Shown here one piece after another: positions 28,360 to 38,052 of a stretch of 64,000 nucleotides of DNA. Origin of the DNA: Thermoprotei archaeon (lineage in GTDB: Archaea; Thermoproteota; Thermoprotei; Thermoproteales; B15-G16); NCBI GenBank assembly GCA_003649205.1, contig QMRC01000001.1, positions 192,001 to 256,000 on the forward strand. The letters are read 5' to 3'. Below the pieces are notes generated by a model. The model ran no database searches and was not told the DNA's origin. It saw only the letters and a program-made list of their open reading frames with translations. Position 1 is the stretch's first letter, and the number at the start of each line of letters is the position of its first letter. The position numbers were made by a program, and so were the translations under genes.

Positions 28360-29616
28360 TTACTTCACTACAGCCGACGTCACTCCTGAGCTGAGTGATT
28401 GCCTTAGAGATGAGATGAGAGGTCTTAGCTGTGGCTCCTCTTCAAGTGCTTTAAGCAAATGCTCATCACCAACAATGAGCTTCACTCTGCGGGTCCTCCC
28501 ATACCTCCCCAAATTAACGACCTTAGCCTCAACAAGACCGAGTAGCTCTAACTGAGCTAAGATATCACTGACCCTCCTCTGAGTCAGAGGTGTAACACCA
28601 ATACATGAACAGACTTCACAGTACGTACTATACACATCGCCAGTAGTCACAGTTAGAGGATACCTCTTAGTAGCTACGTATATAGCCAATAAGACCAACT
28701 TCATGTGAAACGGCATACCACGAAGAAGCTCACTAACCCTATCTCTCTCAAGCTGAACAAGAGCTTTCTTCACATGCTCCTCAGTAACCTGCTCACAACC
28801 CTCCCTCTCGGCTATTTCACCAGCAACCCTCAGTAAGTCAAGAGCCTTCCTAGCATCACCATGCTCTCTAGCAGCAATAGCTGCACAGAGCGAGATAACG
28901 GAGTCAGATACAACACCAGGCTTAAAAGCTAACCTAGCTCTCTCCCTAAGAATATCACATAACTCAGCATAGTTGTACGGTGGAAACACAATAGTCTCCT
29001 CACCTAAGCTACTCCTAACCCTAGGGTCAAGCAATTCTGTGAACCTAAGATCATTACTGATACCGATGATAGATACCTTACCCTTCGACAAGCTAGTATT
29101 CAACCTAGTTAAGTGATACAAAACAGCATCACCAGATCTCTTAACAAGAACATCAACCTCATCAAGAACAACAATAGCAACCTTACCATACTCCTCAATA
29201 CCATCACTAAACCTCCTCAAAACCTCACCAGTCGACAAACCAGAATTAGGTACGTGAAGTCCCAGTTGCCTACAGAGCTCAGTCAACACCCTATAGCTAG
29301 TATCGTACTGTCTACAGTTCACGTAAAGAGAAATAACACCACCACGAGATTCCTCAACAAGCTTCCTCAAGACAAGGAGAACACAAACAGTCTTACCAGT
29401 ACCTGTAGGTCCATAAACAATGACATTAGACGGTTTTGAACCACGAAGTGCAGGAGCTAGGATTAGAGCTAACTTCCTCAACTGCTCCTCCCTATGTGGG
29501 AGAGCTTCAGGAATGTAATCAGGTAGAAGAACATCCCTACACAAGAAGATACGTGACTCCTTAAACCTCCTAAAGACCTCCTCAATAACGGCAAGAGCTG
29601 TAGTCAATGTAATCAC
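28360..29616 (-). CDS. cdc6: Orc1/Cdc6 replication initiator (start possibly TTG 29607)
   Basis: PDYIP..LPHRE, GPTGTGKT, LDEVD, LDPRVRSS, GDARKA, wHTH GRYGRT. Confidence 0.95.
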   Translation of the reverse strand: MITLTTALAVIEEVFRRFKESRIFLCRDVLLPDYIPEALPHREEQLRKLALILAPALRGSKPSNVIVYGPTGTGKTVCVLLVLRKLVEESRGGVISLYVNCRQYDTSYRVLTELCRQLGLHVPNSGLSTGEVLRRFSDGIEEYGKVAIVVLDEVDVLVKRSGDAVLYHLTRLNTSLSKGKVSIIGISNDLRFTELLDPRVRSSLGEETIVFPPYNYAELCDILRERARLAFKPGVVSDSVISLCAAIAAREHGDARKALDLLRVAGEIAEREGCEQVTEEHVKKALVQLERDRVSELLRGMPFHMKLVLLAIYVATKRYPLTVTTGDVYSTYCEVCSCIGVTPLTQRRVSDILAQLELLGLVEAKVVNLGRYGRTRRVKLIVGDEHLLKALEEEPQLRPLISSLRQSLSSGVTSAVVK

Positions 29617-29709
29617 CTAGGCATCTAGAGAAAAAAAGAGAACTATCCACGTAACGTAGTGTAAAGTGAGTGGAGTAGCTACATAATACCTAGAGAACAT
29701 ATACGTAAA

Positions 29710-29744
29710 TTCCACGAGAAATGAAGCACTGAAATAGAGGGGGT
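29710..29744 (+). promoter_or_regulatory. Two ORB-like boxes upstream of cdc6 (candidate oriC or autoregulatory site)
   Basis: TTCCACGAGAAATGAAG and CACTGAAATAGAGGGGGT resemble TTCCAnnnGAAAnnnnGGGG. Confidence 0.45.
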
Positions 29745-29818
29745 AAGGTATGTACATTAGCTCTCGTGAAGAGAGAAACCTTAAAATCAGTAAAGTGTAG
29801 GGAGGAATGTAGAGTTAA

Positions 29819-29895
<77 letters not shown>

Positions 29896-29912
29896 ATTTC
29901 CTCAATTCCTAC

Positions 29913-30599
29913 TTGAGATATCTTTTAGTGCTTCAAACACTAATTAGTTCAGAGAGCATGGAGGCTGAAGTGGAATCAATATGGTCGGTTGCTAGATTCC
30001 TTGAAAAGACCCTACACTATAGGTTGGTTAAGGTACCTAGAGATGGTTTTATTGAATTTACCTGTACTCACTGTGGTGAATGTTGTAGGGAGGGTCCTAT
30101 CATTACCGTATTTGACGTTGCTAGGATTGCTCGTGGTCTCCACACTACATTCACTGATGTGATTGATAGGTACTGTAGTGTTGAGTGTGTTGAAGCTAGA
30201 AATTGGGTATGTCCTATTGTTAGGTTGAGGAAAGGAGCTAAGTACTGCATCTTTCACGATGATTCAGCTATGAGATGCCGTATACACGACTTTAAACCAC
30301 TGACCTGTAAGCTATACCCCATTAAGGTTCTTGATCCTGCTAGTGATTGGATTTGGATTGACTGTAGTTGTGAAGGTGTTGGCTCTGGAGAACGCGTACA
30401 AATACCGAATAACTTAATTGATCAATACATTGCTGAGGTAACTGCACACTACCTAGCTCTCGCAATGATGTACATACTGGGTTACAGAGGCAAGGAGTGT
30501 GTTCTCAAGGCTGCCGAATTAATTGGTGTCTATAGACCAGGCCTCGATTCACTGAAGAGCACAGTGTTGAAGTCTCTGGTATTCAGCTCTCAGCACTAG
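29913..30599 (+). CDS. YkgJ family (CxxCxxCC) cysteine-cluster protein; start probably 29958
   Basis: CTHCGECC, YCIF..CRIHDFKPLTCKLYP. Confidence 0.85.
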   Translation: MRYLLVLQTLISSESMEAEVESIWSVARFLEKTLHYRLVKVPRDGFIEFTCTHCGECCREGPIITVFDVARIARGLHTTFTDVIDRYCSVECVEARNWVCPIVRLRKGAKYCIFHDDSAMRCRIHDFKPLTCKLYPIKVLDPASDWIWIDCSCEGVGSGERVQIPNNLIDQYIAEVTAHYLALAMMYILGYRGKECVLKAAELIGVYRPGLDSLKSTVLKSLVFSSQH

Positions 30600-30639
30600 T
30601 CATCACGTATCAGTGGCCAGTCCAATCATCACCAGTACC
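30578..30639 (-). ncRNA. C/D box guide sRNA
   Basis: C GTGATGA - 12 nt - D' CTGA - C' GTGATGA - 13 nt - D CTGA; terminal GGTA/TACC. Confidence 0.85.
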
Positions 30640-30649
30640 AACTAGCTAC

Positions 30650-31573
30650 TTACCTCCTTAAAGCAATTCCTCTAATCTCGTTAACATCATCGAAACCTCT
30701 ATTCTCAAGCTCCTTCACTAGTTCCTGGAGAATCTCAGATACAATAGTAATGCCACAGAGTAGAACAGCTGAGCATATACCAACAGCTCTAGCACCTAGA
30801 GCTATGTACTCGAGAACATCTGTTCCACACATGACACCACCTGTAGCAATAACTGAGACATCAGGATACTCACTACATACCAAGTACACTAGCCTCTGTA
30901 CAATTGGTTTAATACCAGGACCTGAGTAACCACCACATCGATCAAGTGATGGTAGAACTAGAGCTAGAGTTGATGGATCTACGTAGGTTGCGGGTACGGT
31001 GTTAGCTACTACCAAACAGTCGCAGAACTCAAGCACTGTATCAACTAGTTTGAGGAAGTACCTCTTTAAGGTGATAGCAGGTAGTTTTACCAAAAGTGGT
31101 TTAGCTGAGATATCACGTACCTCACGTAGGAGATTTCTCAATGCTGATACATCCTCGCTTAATCTAAGGTACTCCTCAACATGAGGACAGGAGATATTTA
31201 GCTCAAAGGCGTGTGAGACATCGCTTAGGTAGTTCGCGACGTACCTAAACTCATCACCTGTCGTAACGGCTAAGCTAGTTATGACCTTAGTATCTACCTC
31301 AAGGAGCTTAGGTAGTACTGTCTTCAGCTCATTAGCTAACTTCACAGGACCTGGATTCTCTAGACCAATGGCATTCACTAGACCAGTAGGTAGTCTAACT
31401 ACCCTCCTACCTCTATACCCAATCCTTGGTTGAGGAGTTACAGTCTTAGTCGTTACAGCTCCGAGATCTAAGAAGTGGAGGAGAGAACGCGCATTAGCTA
31501 CAGCACCAGAGGATAGAATTAAGGGGTTTTTCAAGTGAAGGCCAGGTACTAGATCAGTAGATAGCTTAGGCAT
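30650..31573 (-). CDS. pyrD: Dihydroorotate dehydrogenase family 1 catalytic subunit
   Basis: TTKT, NAIGLENPG, ELNISCPH, VKL, ANT, GGYSG. Confidence 0.8.
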   Translation of the reverse strand: MPKLSTDLVPGLHLKNPLILSSGAVANARSLLHFLDLGAVTTKTVTPQPRIGYRGRRVVRLPTGLVNAIGLENPGPVKLANELKTVLPKLLEVDTKVITSLAVTTGDEFRYVANYLSDVSHAFELNISCPHVEEYLRLSEDVSALRNLLREVRDISAKPLLVKLPAITLKRYFLKLVDTVLEFCDCLVVANTVPATYVDPSTLALVLPSLDRCGGYSGPGIKPIVQRLVYLVCSEYPDVSVIATGGVMCGTDVLEYIALGARAVGICSAVLLCGITIVSEILQELVKELENRGFDDVNEIRGIALRR

Positions 31574-33047
31574 CTGTAGCTCTCCTCAGGTACTCTACCA
31601 CTTCCTCAACATTTTCATTAGTTACCTTCGTTGCATACGATACTAAGATAGTGACTAACCAGTTCAGTGCAAATGCCCAGATGAAGTCAGGTATTCCTAG
31701 TGGTGCTACCTTCATTATCCTGAAGCTCACTAGTACGATTAGTCCTGTGAGGAGTCCAGTTATCGCACCCCACTTTGTAACCCTTCTCCAGTATAGACCA
31801 AGTATGAGAGCTGGAGCTACTTGTGCTGTACCGACAAATGTTAGCTTAATTACAACTTCAACAATTAACTTTGGTGGACTAAGAGCTATGAGGTACGCCA
31901 TTGCTATCAACGCAGCACTTATCAACATACTGAGCCTAACAGCTGCCTTCTCACTGATACGAGTTCGTAGACCCTCAATAACAATATCCTTTACAACCAT
32001 CTGTGAACTAACAAGTAGCATCGAGTCAATAGTCGACATACCAGCTGCTAAGCAACCTGACATTATTACTGCTATTAACCACAGAGGCATAGTAGCTGTC
32101 AGCAGCTGCATGAGTGCGTAGTCAGGTCTCTTCAACCCTGGATAGAGGACTGCCGCTGCAATACCAGCGAAGAGAGCTGACGTACAGAAGATAATTATTT
32201 GTGACAATGGCATACCAATAGCGCAGGCAGCTATACCTCTCTTATCCTTCGCAGTGTAGAATCTAACCCATAGAGCTGGTGTACACCAGATACCGAATGG
32301 CAGTACCAACCACATGTATATCCAACCAACATCAGTGTAAGCACCCTTAGGACCCGGCCTACAGAGGAGTGCTGGTGCTTTTTCAGCAGCTAGCTTGAAT
32401 ATGTGCGGTATACCTCCAAGTGCTGATACAGCATAAATGACAGCTCCGGGGAGTGTCGTTAGCAGTACAAGCGCCTGGAAGACATCCGTTAGCACTACAG
32501 CCCTCATACCACCAATTATCGTGTAGATACCTGTTATCAACACGGTTAGTAGTAGTGCTTGTTGATACGTTATGTGACCACCAGTAACACCAACGAAAGC
32601 CCAGGATATACCAACAAACTGTACCGCGAAGTAGAACATGTTGAATATGAATAGCGTTAAGGCAACAATCAATCTAAGTACTCTACTCCTGTATCTATGG
32701 TCGAAGAAGTCACCTGGTGTCAAGTACCTATATTTACGACTGAGCAACCACAATCTGTAACCGAGAAATAACGTCATGAGTGCACACCAAGCCTGTGATA
32801 GTGGAAGCACCATGAAGCCTATACCGTGTGTATAGTACATACCTGTAGCACCCAAGAAAGCAAAAGCACTCTGTAGAGTAGCTACGTACGTTAGTACGAG
32901 GAAGAGCCAGCTGAGCCCCCTACCAGCTAGGAAGTACTCATCTAGAGTCACTGGTCTATACCTGAAATAGCAGAAGAATCCTTTACCTAGACAAAATGCG
33001 AAGTACGCTAGTAGTATGCCTAGAGCAATCTGCCACTCAGGTATCAT
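31566..33047 (-). CDS. Sodium:solute symporter (PanF/PutP family)
   Basis: EYFLAGR, SAFAFLG, GGMRAVVLTD, AAGMSTIDS; about 13 TM helices. Confidence 0.92.
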   Translation of the reverse strand: MIPEWQIALGILLAYFAFCLGKGFFCYFRYRPVTLDEYFLAGRGLSWLFLVLTYVATLQSAFAFLGATGMYYTHGIGFMVLPLSQAWCALMTLFLGYRLWLLSRKYRYLTPGDFFDHRYRSRVLRLIVALTLFIFNMFYFAVQFVGISWAFVGVTGGHITYQQALLLTVLITGIYTIIGGMRAVVLTDVFQALVLLTTLPGAVIYAVSALGGIPHIFKLAAEKAPALLCRPGPKGAYTDVGWIYMWLVLPFGIWCTPALWVRFYTAKDKRGIAACAIGMPLSQIIIFCTSALFAGIAAAVLYPGLKRPDYALMQLLTATMPLWLIAVIMSGCLAAGMSTIDSMLLVSSQMVVKDIVIEGLRTRISEKAAVRLSMLISAALIAMAYLIALSPPKLIVEVVIKLTFVGTAQVAPALILGLYWRRVTKWGAITGLLTGLIVLVSFRIMKVAPLGIPDFIWAFALNWLVTILVSYATKVTNENVEEVVEYLRRATDA

Positions 33048-33051
33048 GAAA

Positions 33052-33249
33052 TCACCTCTTCAACCATTTGTAGACTAGGATGCAGATGTAGGTGAAGTAC
33101 ATGGCTTCTAGTACCCAGTAGTACAGTAGTGGTAGTGGTAACCATCCACCAATAAGTGGGTATGGACTTTTCGTGAAGGGCCATGGTATCAGTCCTAGTG
33201 CAATTAGTATGATCACTATGACTACATCTAACTTGGTGAACTTACTCAT
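33052..33249 (-). CDS. Small two-TM symporter accessory protein (DUF3311/YhdT-like)
   Basis: Two TM helices, P.IGGWLP, directly upstream of the SSS gene. Confidence 0.75.
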   Translation of the reverse strand: MSKFTKLDVVIVIILIALGLIPWPFTKSPYPLIGGWLPLPLLYYWVLEAMYFTYICILVYKWLKR

Positions 33250-33422
33250 ATGACATACACCACTTACTCTTATTCGGCAAATTGACTATTATTTAAGTAT
33301 TTTCTTGTCAATGTGAATTACTTGTCTCATGATGGTCTATGTGACTTATTAGCTATGTTTAAAGTTGTCAATATGGTAATGTTAATAAAATACCCTCAAT
33401 ATTCTCGCTCTGGTGTTTCTCC

Positions 33423-35513
33423 TTGAGGATTCGAGTAGGTATTGATGTTGGTGGAACATTTACTGATGTAGTTGTATTCAATGTCGATACCGGTCGCGTG
33501 CAGAGGGTAAAGGTACTCTCTACACCAAGAGATCCCTCTGTAGGTGTTATTGCTGGTCTCAAGGAGGTCCTTAAGGAGGTTAAGCCTGAGAGCATTGAGT
33601 TAATTGTTCACGCCTCAACCATAGGCTCGAATCTCTTTCTCGGTCAACTCGGTCTAGAGATACCTAAGGTTGCTCTCATTACAACTCGTGGATTTAGAGA
33701 TGTACTTGAGATTGGTAGGCAGAGGAGACCAGAGATCTATAATGTGTTCTTTACTAAGCCAAGACCTCTTGTGCCTAGGCGACTTCGTTTAGTTGTTACT
33801 GAGAGAGTTGCTTCAGATGGTAGGATCTTAATTCCTTTGAGAGAGGATGAGGTTAGGGAAATTGTGAAGGTGATTAAGTCGGAAGGTGTTAGGGCTGTTG
33901 CTGTGTGTTTGTTGAATAGCTACGTGAACCCAGTTCATGAGAAGCGTATTGTTGAGATTTTGAGGGAGGAGTGTCCTGATGTGCATGTGGTTGCTAGTTA
34001 TGAGGTTGATCCAGAGTATCGTGAGTTTGAGAGGATGAGTACTACTGTTGTGAATGCTGTTTTGCTACCTGTCATAGGTGAGTACTTGATGAAGTTGGAG
34101 AAGAGCTTTAGGGACTTAGGTATAGGGGCTAGATTCCTTGTGATGTTATCTAGTGGTGGTATTGCTACGATTCAGCAGGTTAGTAAGGTACCTGCAGCGA
34201 CCTTAGAATCAGGTCCTGCTGCTGGTGTTGTTGCTAGTGCTTACTTCGCTAAGTTGCTTGGTCTAGATAAGGTTCTTAGCTTCGATATGGGTGGTACAAC
34301 GGCTAAGGTGGGAACTGTTGTTCATGGTGTTCCACTACAGGTTCCTGAGTTCGAAGTTGGTGGGAGGGTTCATAGAGGTAGGTTGGTGAAGGGTAGTGGT
34401 TACGTTGTTAGGTACCCCCACATCGACTTAGCTGAGGTCTCTGCTGGTGGTGGTACTATTGCTTGGGTTGATGAAGCGGGATCACTTAGAGTTGGTCCTT
34501 ACAGTGCTGGTGCTGATCCAGGGCCTGCCTGCTATGGTAAGGGTGGTACTGAACCCACGGTGACAGATGCAAACTTGGTGTTAGGTAGGTTGGGTAAGTT
34601 CCTAGCTGGTGGTAGGGTTGTATTGAGGAAGGATTTAGCTGAGAGGGCTATTCGTGAGAAGATCTGTGAGAAGATAGGTCTCGACCTTACGGATGCTGCC
34701 TACGGCATCATTAAACTAGTCAACGTTGAGATGGCTAGAGCTATGAGGATAGTAACTGTTGAGAGAGGTCTAGATCCTCGAGAATTTACTGTAATTGCCT
34801 TTGGTGGTGCAGGACCTATGCACGTATGTGAGCTAGCTGATGAGCTAGGTATAGAGAGCATAGTGGTGCCACCAGCTCCTGGTACCTTCACAGCTCTTGG
34901 ACTATTACTCTCAGACTTTAGACATGATCTCAAGAAATGTGTGTTGAAGTCACTTAGTGAGCTGTCTCCTAGTGACCTCGAACGCATGTACAGAGAGTTA
35001 GAAGAGCAAGGTAGGGAGATACTGCTTTCTGAAGGTGTTAGTGAAGATAGGATAGTGTTCATTAGGTATGCTGATCTGAGGTACTGGAAGCAATCGTATG
35101 AGCTAACAATTGAAGTCCCTAGTGACTTGGGTTCTGTAGGTCTGGAAGAGCTTAAGAGGAGATTCATGATTAAGCATGAGGAGGTCTATGGTTACTACGT
35201 GGATGAGGATGTTGTTCTCGTTAATGTGAAGGTAGCTGCTATAGGTCTTACTGAGAAACCTAAACTCAAGAGATGTGAAATTAGAGAGAAAGTACCACCG
35301 CCTAAGTCAGCTATTGTTGAGATTCGTGATGTATACTTTGGTGATAAGTACGATTGGGTTAAGACAACGGTATACTCTAGAGATAGGCTAGTACCTGGAG
35401 CTATACTACAGGGACCAGCAATAGTTGAGGAGTACGATTCAACAACAGTAATTCCACCGAATTGGTCTGGATACATTGATGAGTACGGTAACCTGATACT
35501 TCGTAGGGTATGA
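33423..35513 (+). CDS. hyuA: Hydantoinase A / 5-oxoprolinase ATP-binding subunit
   Basis: GIDVGGTFTD, ESGPAAG, DMGGTT, SAGADPGPACY. Confidence 0.92.
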   Translation: MRIRVGIDVGGTFTDVVVFNVDTGRVQRVKVLSTPRDPSVGVIAGLKEVLKEVKPESIELIVHASTIGSNLFLGQLGLEIPKVALITTRGFRDVLEIGRQRRPEIYNVFFTKPRPLVPRRLRLVVTERVASDGRILIPLREDEVREIVKVIKSEGVRAVAVCLLNSYVNPVHEKRIVEILREECPDVHVVASYEVDPEYREFERMSTTVVNAVLLPVIGEYLMKLEKSFRDLGIGARFLVMLSSGGIATIQQVSKVPAATLESGPAAGVVASAYFAKLLGLDKVLSFDMGGTTAKVGTVVHGVPLQVPEFEVGGRVHRGRLVKGSGYVVRYPHIDLAEVSAGGGTIAWVDEAGSLRVGPYSAGADPGPACYGKGGTEPTVTDANLVLGRLGKFLAGGRVVLRKDLAERAIREKICEKIGLDLTDAAYGIIKLVNVEMARAMRIVTVERGLDPREFTVIAFGGAGPMHVCELADELGIESIVVPPAPGTFTALGLLLSDFRHDLKKCVLKSLSELSPSDLERMYRELEEQGREILLSEGVSEDRIVFIRYADLRYWKQSYELTIEVPSDLGSVGLEELKRRFMIKHEEVYGYYVDEDVVLVNVKVAAIGLTEKPKLKRCEIREKVPPPKSAIVEIRDVYFGDKYDWVKTTVYSRDRLVPGAILQGPAIVEEYDSTTVIPPNWSGYIDEYGNLILRRV

Positions 35514-35518
35514 GGTAG

Positions 35519-37258
35519 GTGATGAGTATGGTCGATGTGGTTACTGTTGAAGTTATTAGATGTTGCCTAGAGTACATTGCTGAAGAAATGGGTATAGCTC
35601 TGAGGAATGCAGCGTACTCGCCAAATATCAAGGAGAGAATGGATCATAGCTGTGCAATCTTCGATAAGTTAGGTAGGTTAGTTGCACAAGCTGAACACAT
35701 ACCGACCCACCTAGGTTCAATGCCTTGGGGCGTAAGGAATACACTCAAGTATATTGAGAAGGAGGGTATGGTGCTAGAGCCAGGTGATGTAATTGCTGTC
35801 AATGACCCTCACATAGCTGGTACTCACTTAAATGATGTTCTCATACTTAAACCGGTATTTTACAGAGGCGAGCTAATAGCGTATGTAGTGAATAAAGCTC
35901 ATCAAGTAGATGTCGGTGGTAAGGTACCTGGAAGTATATCAGGTGATGCGACGGAAATCTATCAGGAAGGGCTGATAATACCTCCAATCAAGATCATTGA
36001 GAAGGGTAGATTTAGAGATGACATAGTGAAACTATGGTTGAAGAACGTTAGAGCACCTGAGATGATAATTGGTGACATTAGAGCACAGGTAGCAGCATGC
36101 AACCTCGGTGAGAAACATCTCCTTGAACTCGTTGAGAAGTACGGTACAGAGACCCTCAATGAGGTATTCGACCATATACTGAAGCACTGTGAGGAGTTGA
36201 CTAGAGCAGCATTGAGAAGGTTACCGGATTTTGTAACTGAAGCCGAGGATTATATGGAAGATGTTGGTGAAGAGGGTGAAGCAGTGATAAAGGTCAAGGT
36301 GATTAAGAGAGGTGACGAGATAAATATCGACTATAGCGGTTCGTCACCTCAGGTATCTGCACCAGTAAATGCACCTATGGGAGTAACCATAGCTGCAACC
36401 ACCTTTGCCCTCAAGACAGTAATAGCACCTGACCTACCTATCAATGATGGATTCTACAGACCAGTGCGCATAACAGCACCTGAAGGAACTATAGTGAATG
36501 CTAAGTGGCCTGCACCTGTTGGAGCAAGCATAGAGACAGCACAGAGGATAGTCGATGTACTGTACCTAGCTCTATCGAGGGTATTACCTGAAAAGGTTCC
36601 AGCAGCTGCCTGTGGATCGATGAATAACGTACTCATAGGTGGTATCGATCCTGAAACGGGAAGAACATGGGCATTCTACGAAACAGTAGCAGGTGGTTAC
36701 GGCGGTAGATACGGTATGGATGGTGTAGATGCCGTACACTGCAACATGACGAATACCATGAATACACCAATTGAGGCTATTGAGAGAGAGCTACCAGTAC
36801 TCTTTACTCGATACGAAATTAGGCCCAGGAGTGGTGGTGCTGGTAAGTGGAGAGGTGGTATGGGCGTTATCAGAGCATTTAAGTTACTAGCTAAGAGAGC
36901 CGTATTGACTGTAGTAGGTGAGAGAGTGAAGAGAAGTCCATGGGGTCTCTTCGGTGGATTACCAGGTTCACCAGCTAGATACTACGTAGTTAGGAGTAAT
37001 GGTGAGATCGAGATGTTGAGAAGTAAGGAGAGTGTTGTACTGCATTACGGTGATGAGATCGTCATCGAGACAGCAGGTGGTGGAGGGTATGGTGATCCCT
37101 TAGAGAGAGAACCAAGAGCAGTAGTTACGGACTACCTGAATGATTTAATTACTGAGGAAGATGCTGAGAAACTATACGGTGTTGTCATCCGCGATGGTAA
37201 ACTCGATGAAAAGAGTACGGAAGAACTTAGGAGAAGGTTAAGGTCTACTACGAAGTAA
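35519..37258 (+). CDS. hyuB: Hydantoinase B / 5-oxoprolinase subunit
   Basis: AYSPNIKER.D, HIPTHLG, NDP..GTHLND, NTPIEAIE, GGGGYGDP. Confidence 0.92.
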   Translation: MMSMVDVVTVEVIRCCLEYIAEEMGIALRNAAYSPNIKERMDHSCAIFDKLGRLVAQAEHIPTHLGSMPWGVRNTLKYIEKEGMVLEPGDVIAVNDPHIAGTHLNDVLILKPVFYRGELIAYVVNKAHQVDVGGKVPGSISGDATEIYQEGLIIPPIKIIEKGRFRDDIVKLWLKNVRAPEMIIGDIRAQVAACNLGEKHLLELVEKYGTETLNEVFDHILKHCEELTRAALRRLPDFVTEAEDYMEDVGEEGEAVIKVKVIKRGDEINIDYSGSSPQVSAPVNAPMGVTIAATTFALKTVIAPDLPINDGFYRPVRITAPEGTIVNAKWPAPVGASIETAQRIVDVLYLALSRVLPEKVPAAACGSMNNVLIGGIDPETGRTWAFYETVAGGYGGRYGMDGVDAVHCNMTNTMNTPIEAIERELPVLFTRYEIRPRSGGAGKWRGGMGVIRAFKLLAKRAVLTVVGERVKRSPWGLFGGLPGSPARYYVVRSNGEIEMLRSKESVVLHYGDEIVIETAGGGGYGDPLEREPRAVVTDYLNDLITEEDAEKLYGVVIRDGKLDEKSTEELRRRLRSTTK

Positions 37259-37388
37259 CTCACATAAAATTGATGTCAAGACCATCGTATGAACCCCTCC
37301 CTAAGCTCTTGACCAAAGTTTTAACACGAGTCTGTACCTACTACTACGTAGATCTCATGTTGAATCCAAAGGAGGTAGCTAGGATATC

Positions 37389-37460
37389 TGTGGGGGTCCC
37401 TAAGTGAGCTACTTCATCGGGAGAGTACTCTCATCCTCGTAGCCCCGGCGTGGGACCCCC
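37389..37460 (-). ncRNA. Box H/ACA pseudouridylation guide RNA (single hairpin with K-turn)
   Basis: GGGGGUCCC/GGGACCCCC stem, pocket ACGCCG/ACUUA, GGGCUAC/GUAGCUC stem, GA...GAUGA K-turn, 3' ACA 14 nt from top of pocket; TTTTAAG about 30 nt upstream. Confidence 0.85.
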
Positions 37461-37519
37461 ACAACTGAGATTCTAGGGGTTACTAAACTTAAAACTTAGT
37501 CACTTACCTAACCAGTAAT

Positions 37520-37819
37520 TCACTTTCGAAGTATTGAATCTATTAACGTAGCTACCAGTAGTAGTGATAGTGCATAAGCTACATACATTTTTCTTGAGTT
37601 TGTTAATGCCTCTACAAGTAGTATCGCAACAGCTATTAGGAGAACCTCAACAAGTTTTGTGAGAAGTGACTTAGCAAATTTCCTAATACTTGCATTCACT
37701 AGAAAGACATACTCCCACCTAGGTGTATATCCCGTAAATTTACTAGTGGAGGAGTCTATTAATTTCACCGCACTTAACCCACTACTAGAGAGCTTAACCG
37801 TGTATGAGCCTTGGGACAA
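37520..37819 (-). CDS. Possible small membrane protein (true start likely internal)
   Basis: Two hydrophobic helices in the C-terminal 55 aa; no motif. Confidence 0.3.
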   Translation of the reverse strand: MSQGSYTVKLSSSGLSAVKLIDSSTSKFTGYTPRWEYVFLVNASIRKFAKSLLTKLVEVLLIAVAILLVEALTNSRKMYVAYALSLLLVATLIDSILRK

Positions 37820-37839
37820 CAGAATTAGATATATTGGTT

Positions 37840-37958
37840 TGGTGGCCCCGCCGGGATTCGAACCCGGGACCTCCCGCTCCCTCAGCGGGTGCTCGTGAGG
37901 CTTATGCGGGTGGGGCTAACCCCCACCCTGGGCATCCTAACCGCTAGACGACGGGGCC
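37840..37958 (-). tRNA. tRNA-Val(CAC) with two introns (29/30: 37902-37929; 37/38: 37879-37893)
   Basis: Removing 28+15 nt gives a 76-nt cloverleaf with CCCGC-CUCACGA-GCGGG; both junctions form BHB-type motifs. Confidence 0.93.
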
Positions 37959-38052
37959 CAATTCTACCTCTGAGTTCAGTTTAGGAAAATTAATCTTTTA
38001 CCCGATTACCATTTATCCCACTACTTAGCATTGTCTATTGTTGGTGTAGGAA

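Noticed and set aside
37659-37898. 79-aa plus-strand ORF
   Set aside because: Runs antisense into tRNA-Val (PPGFEPG)
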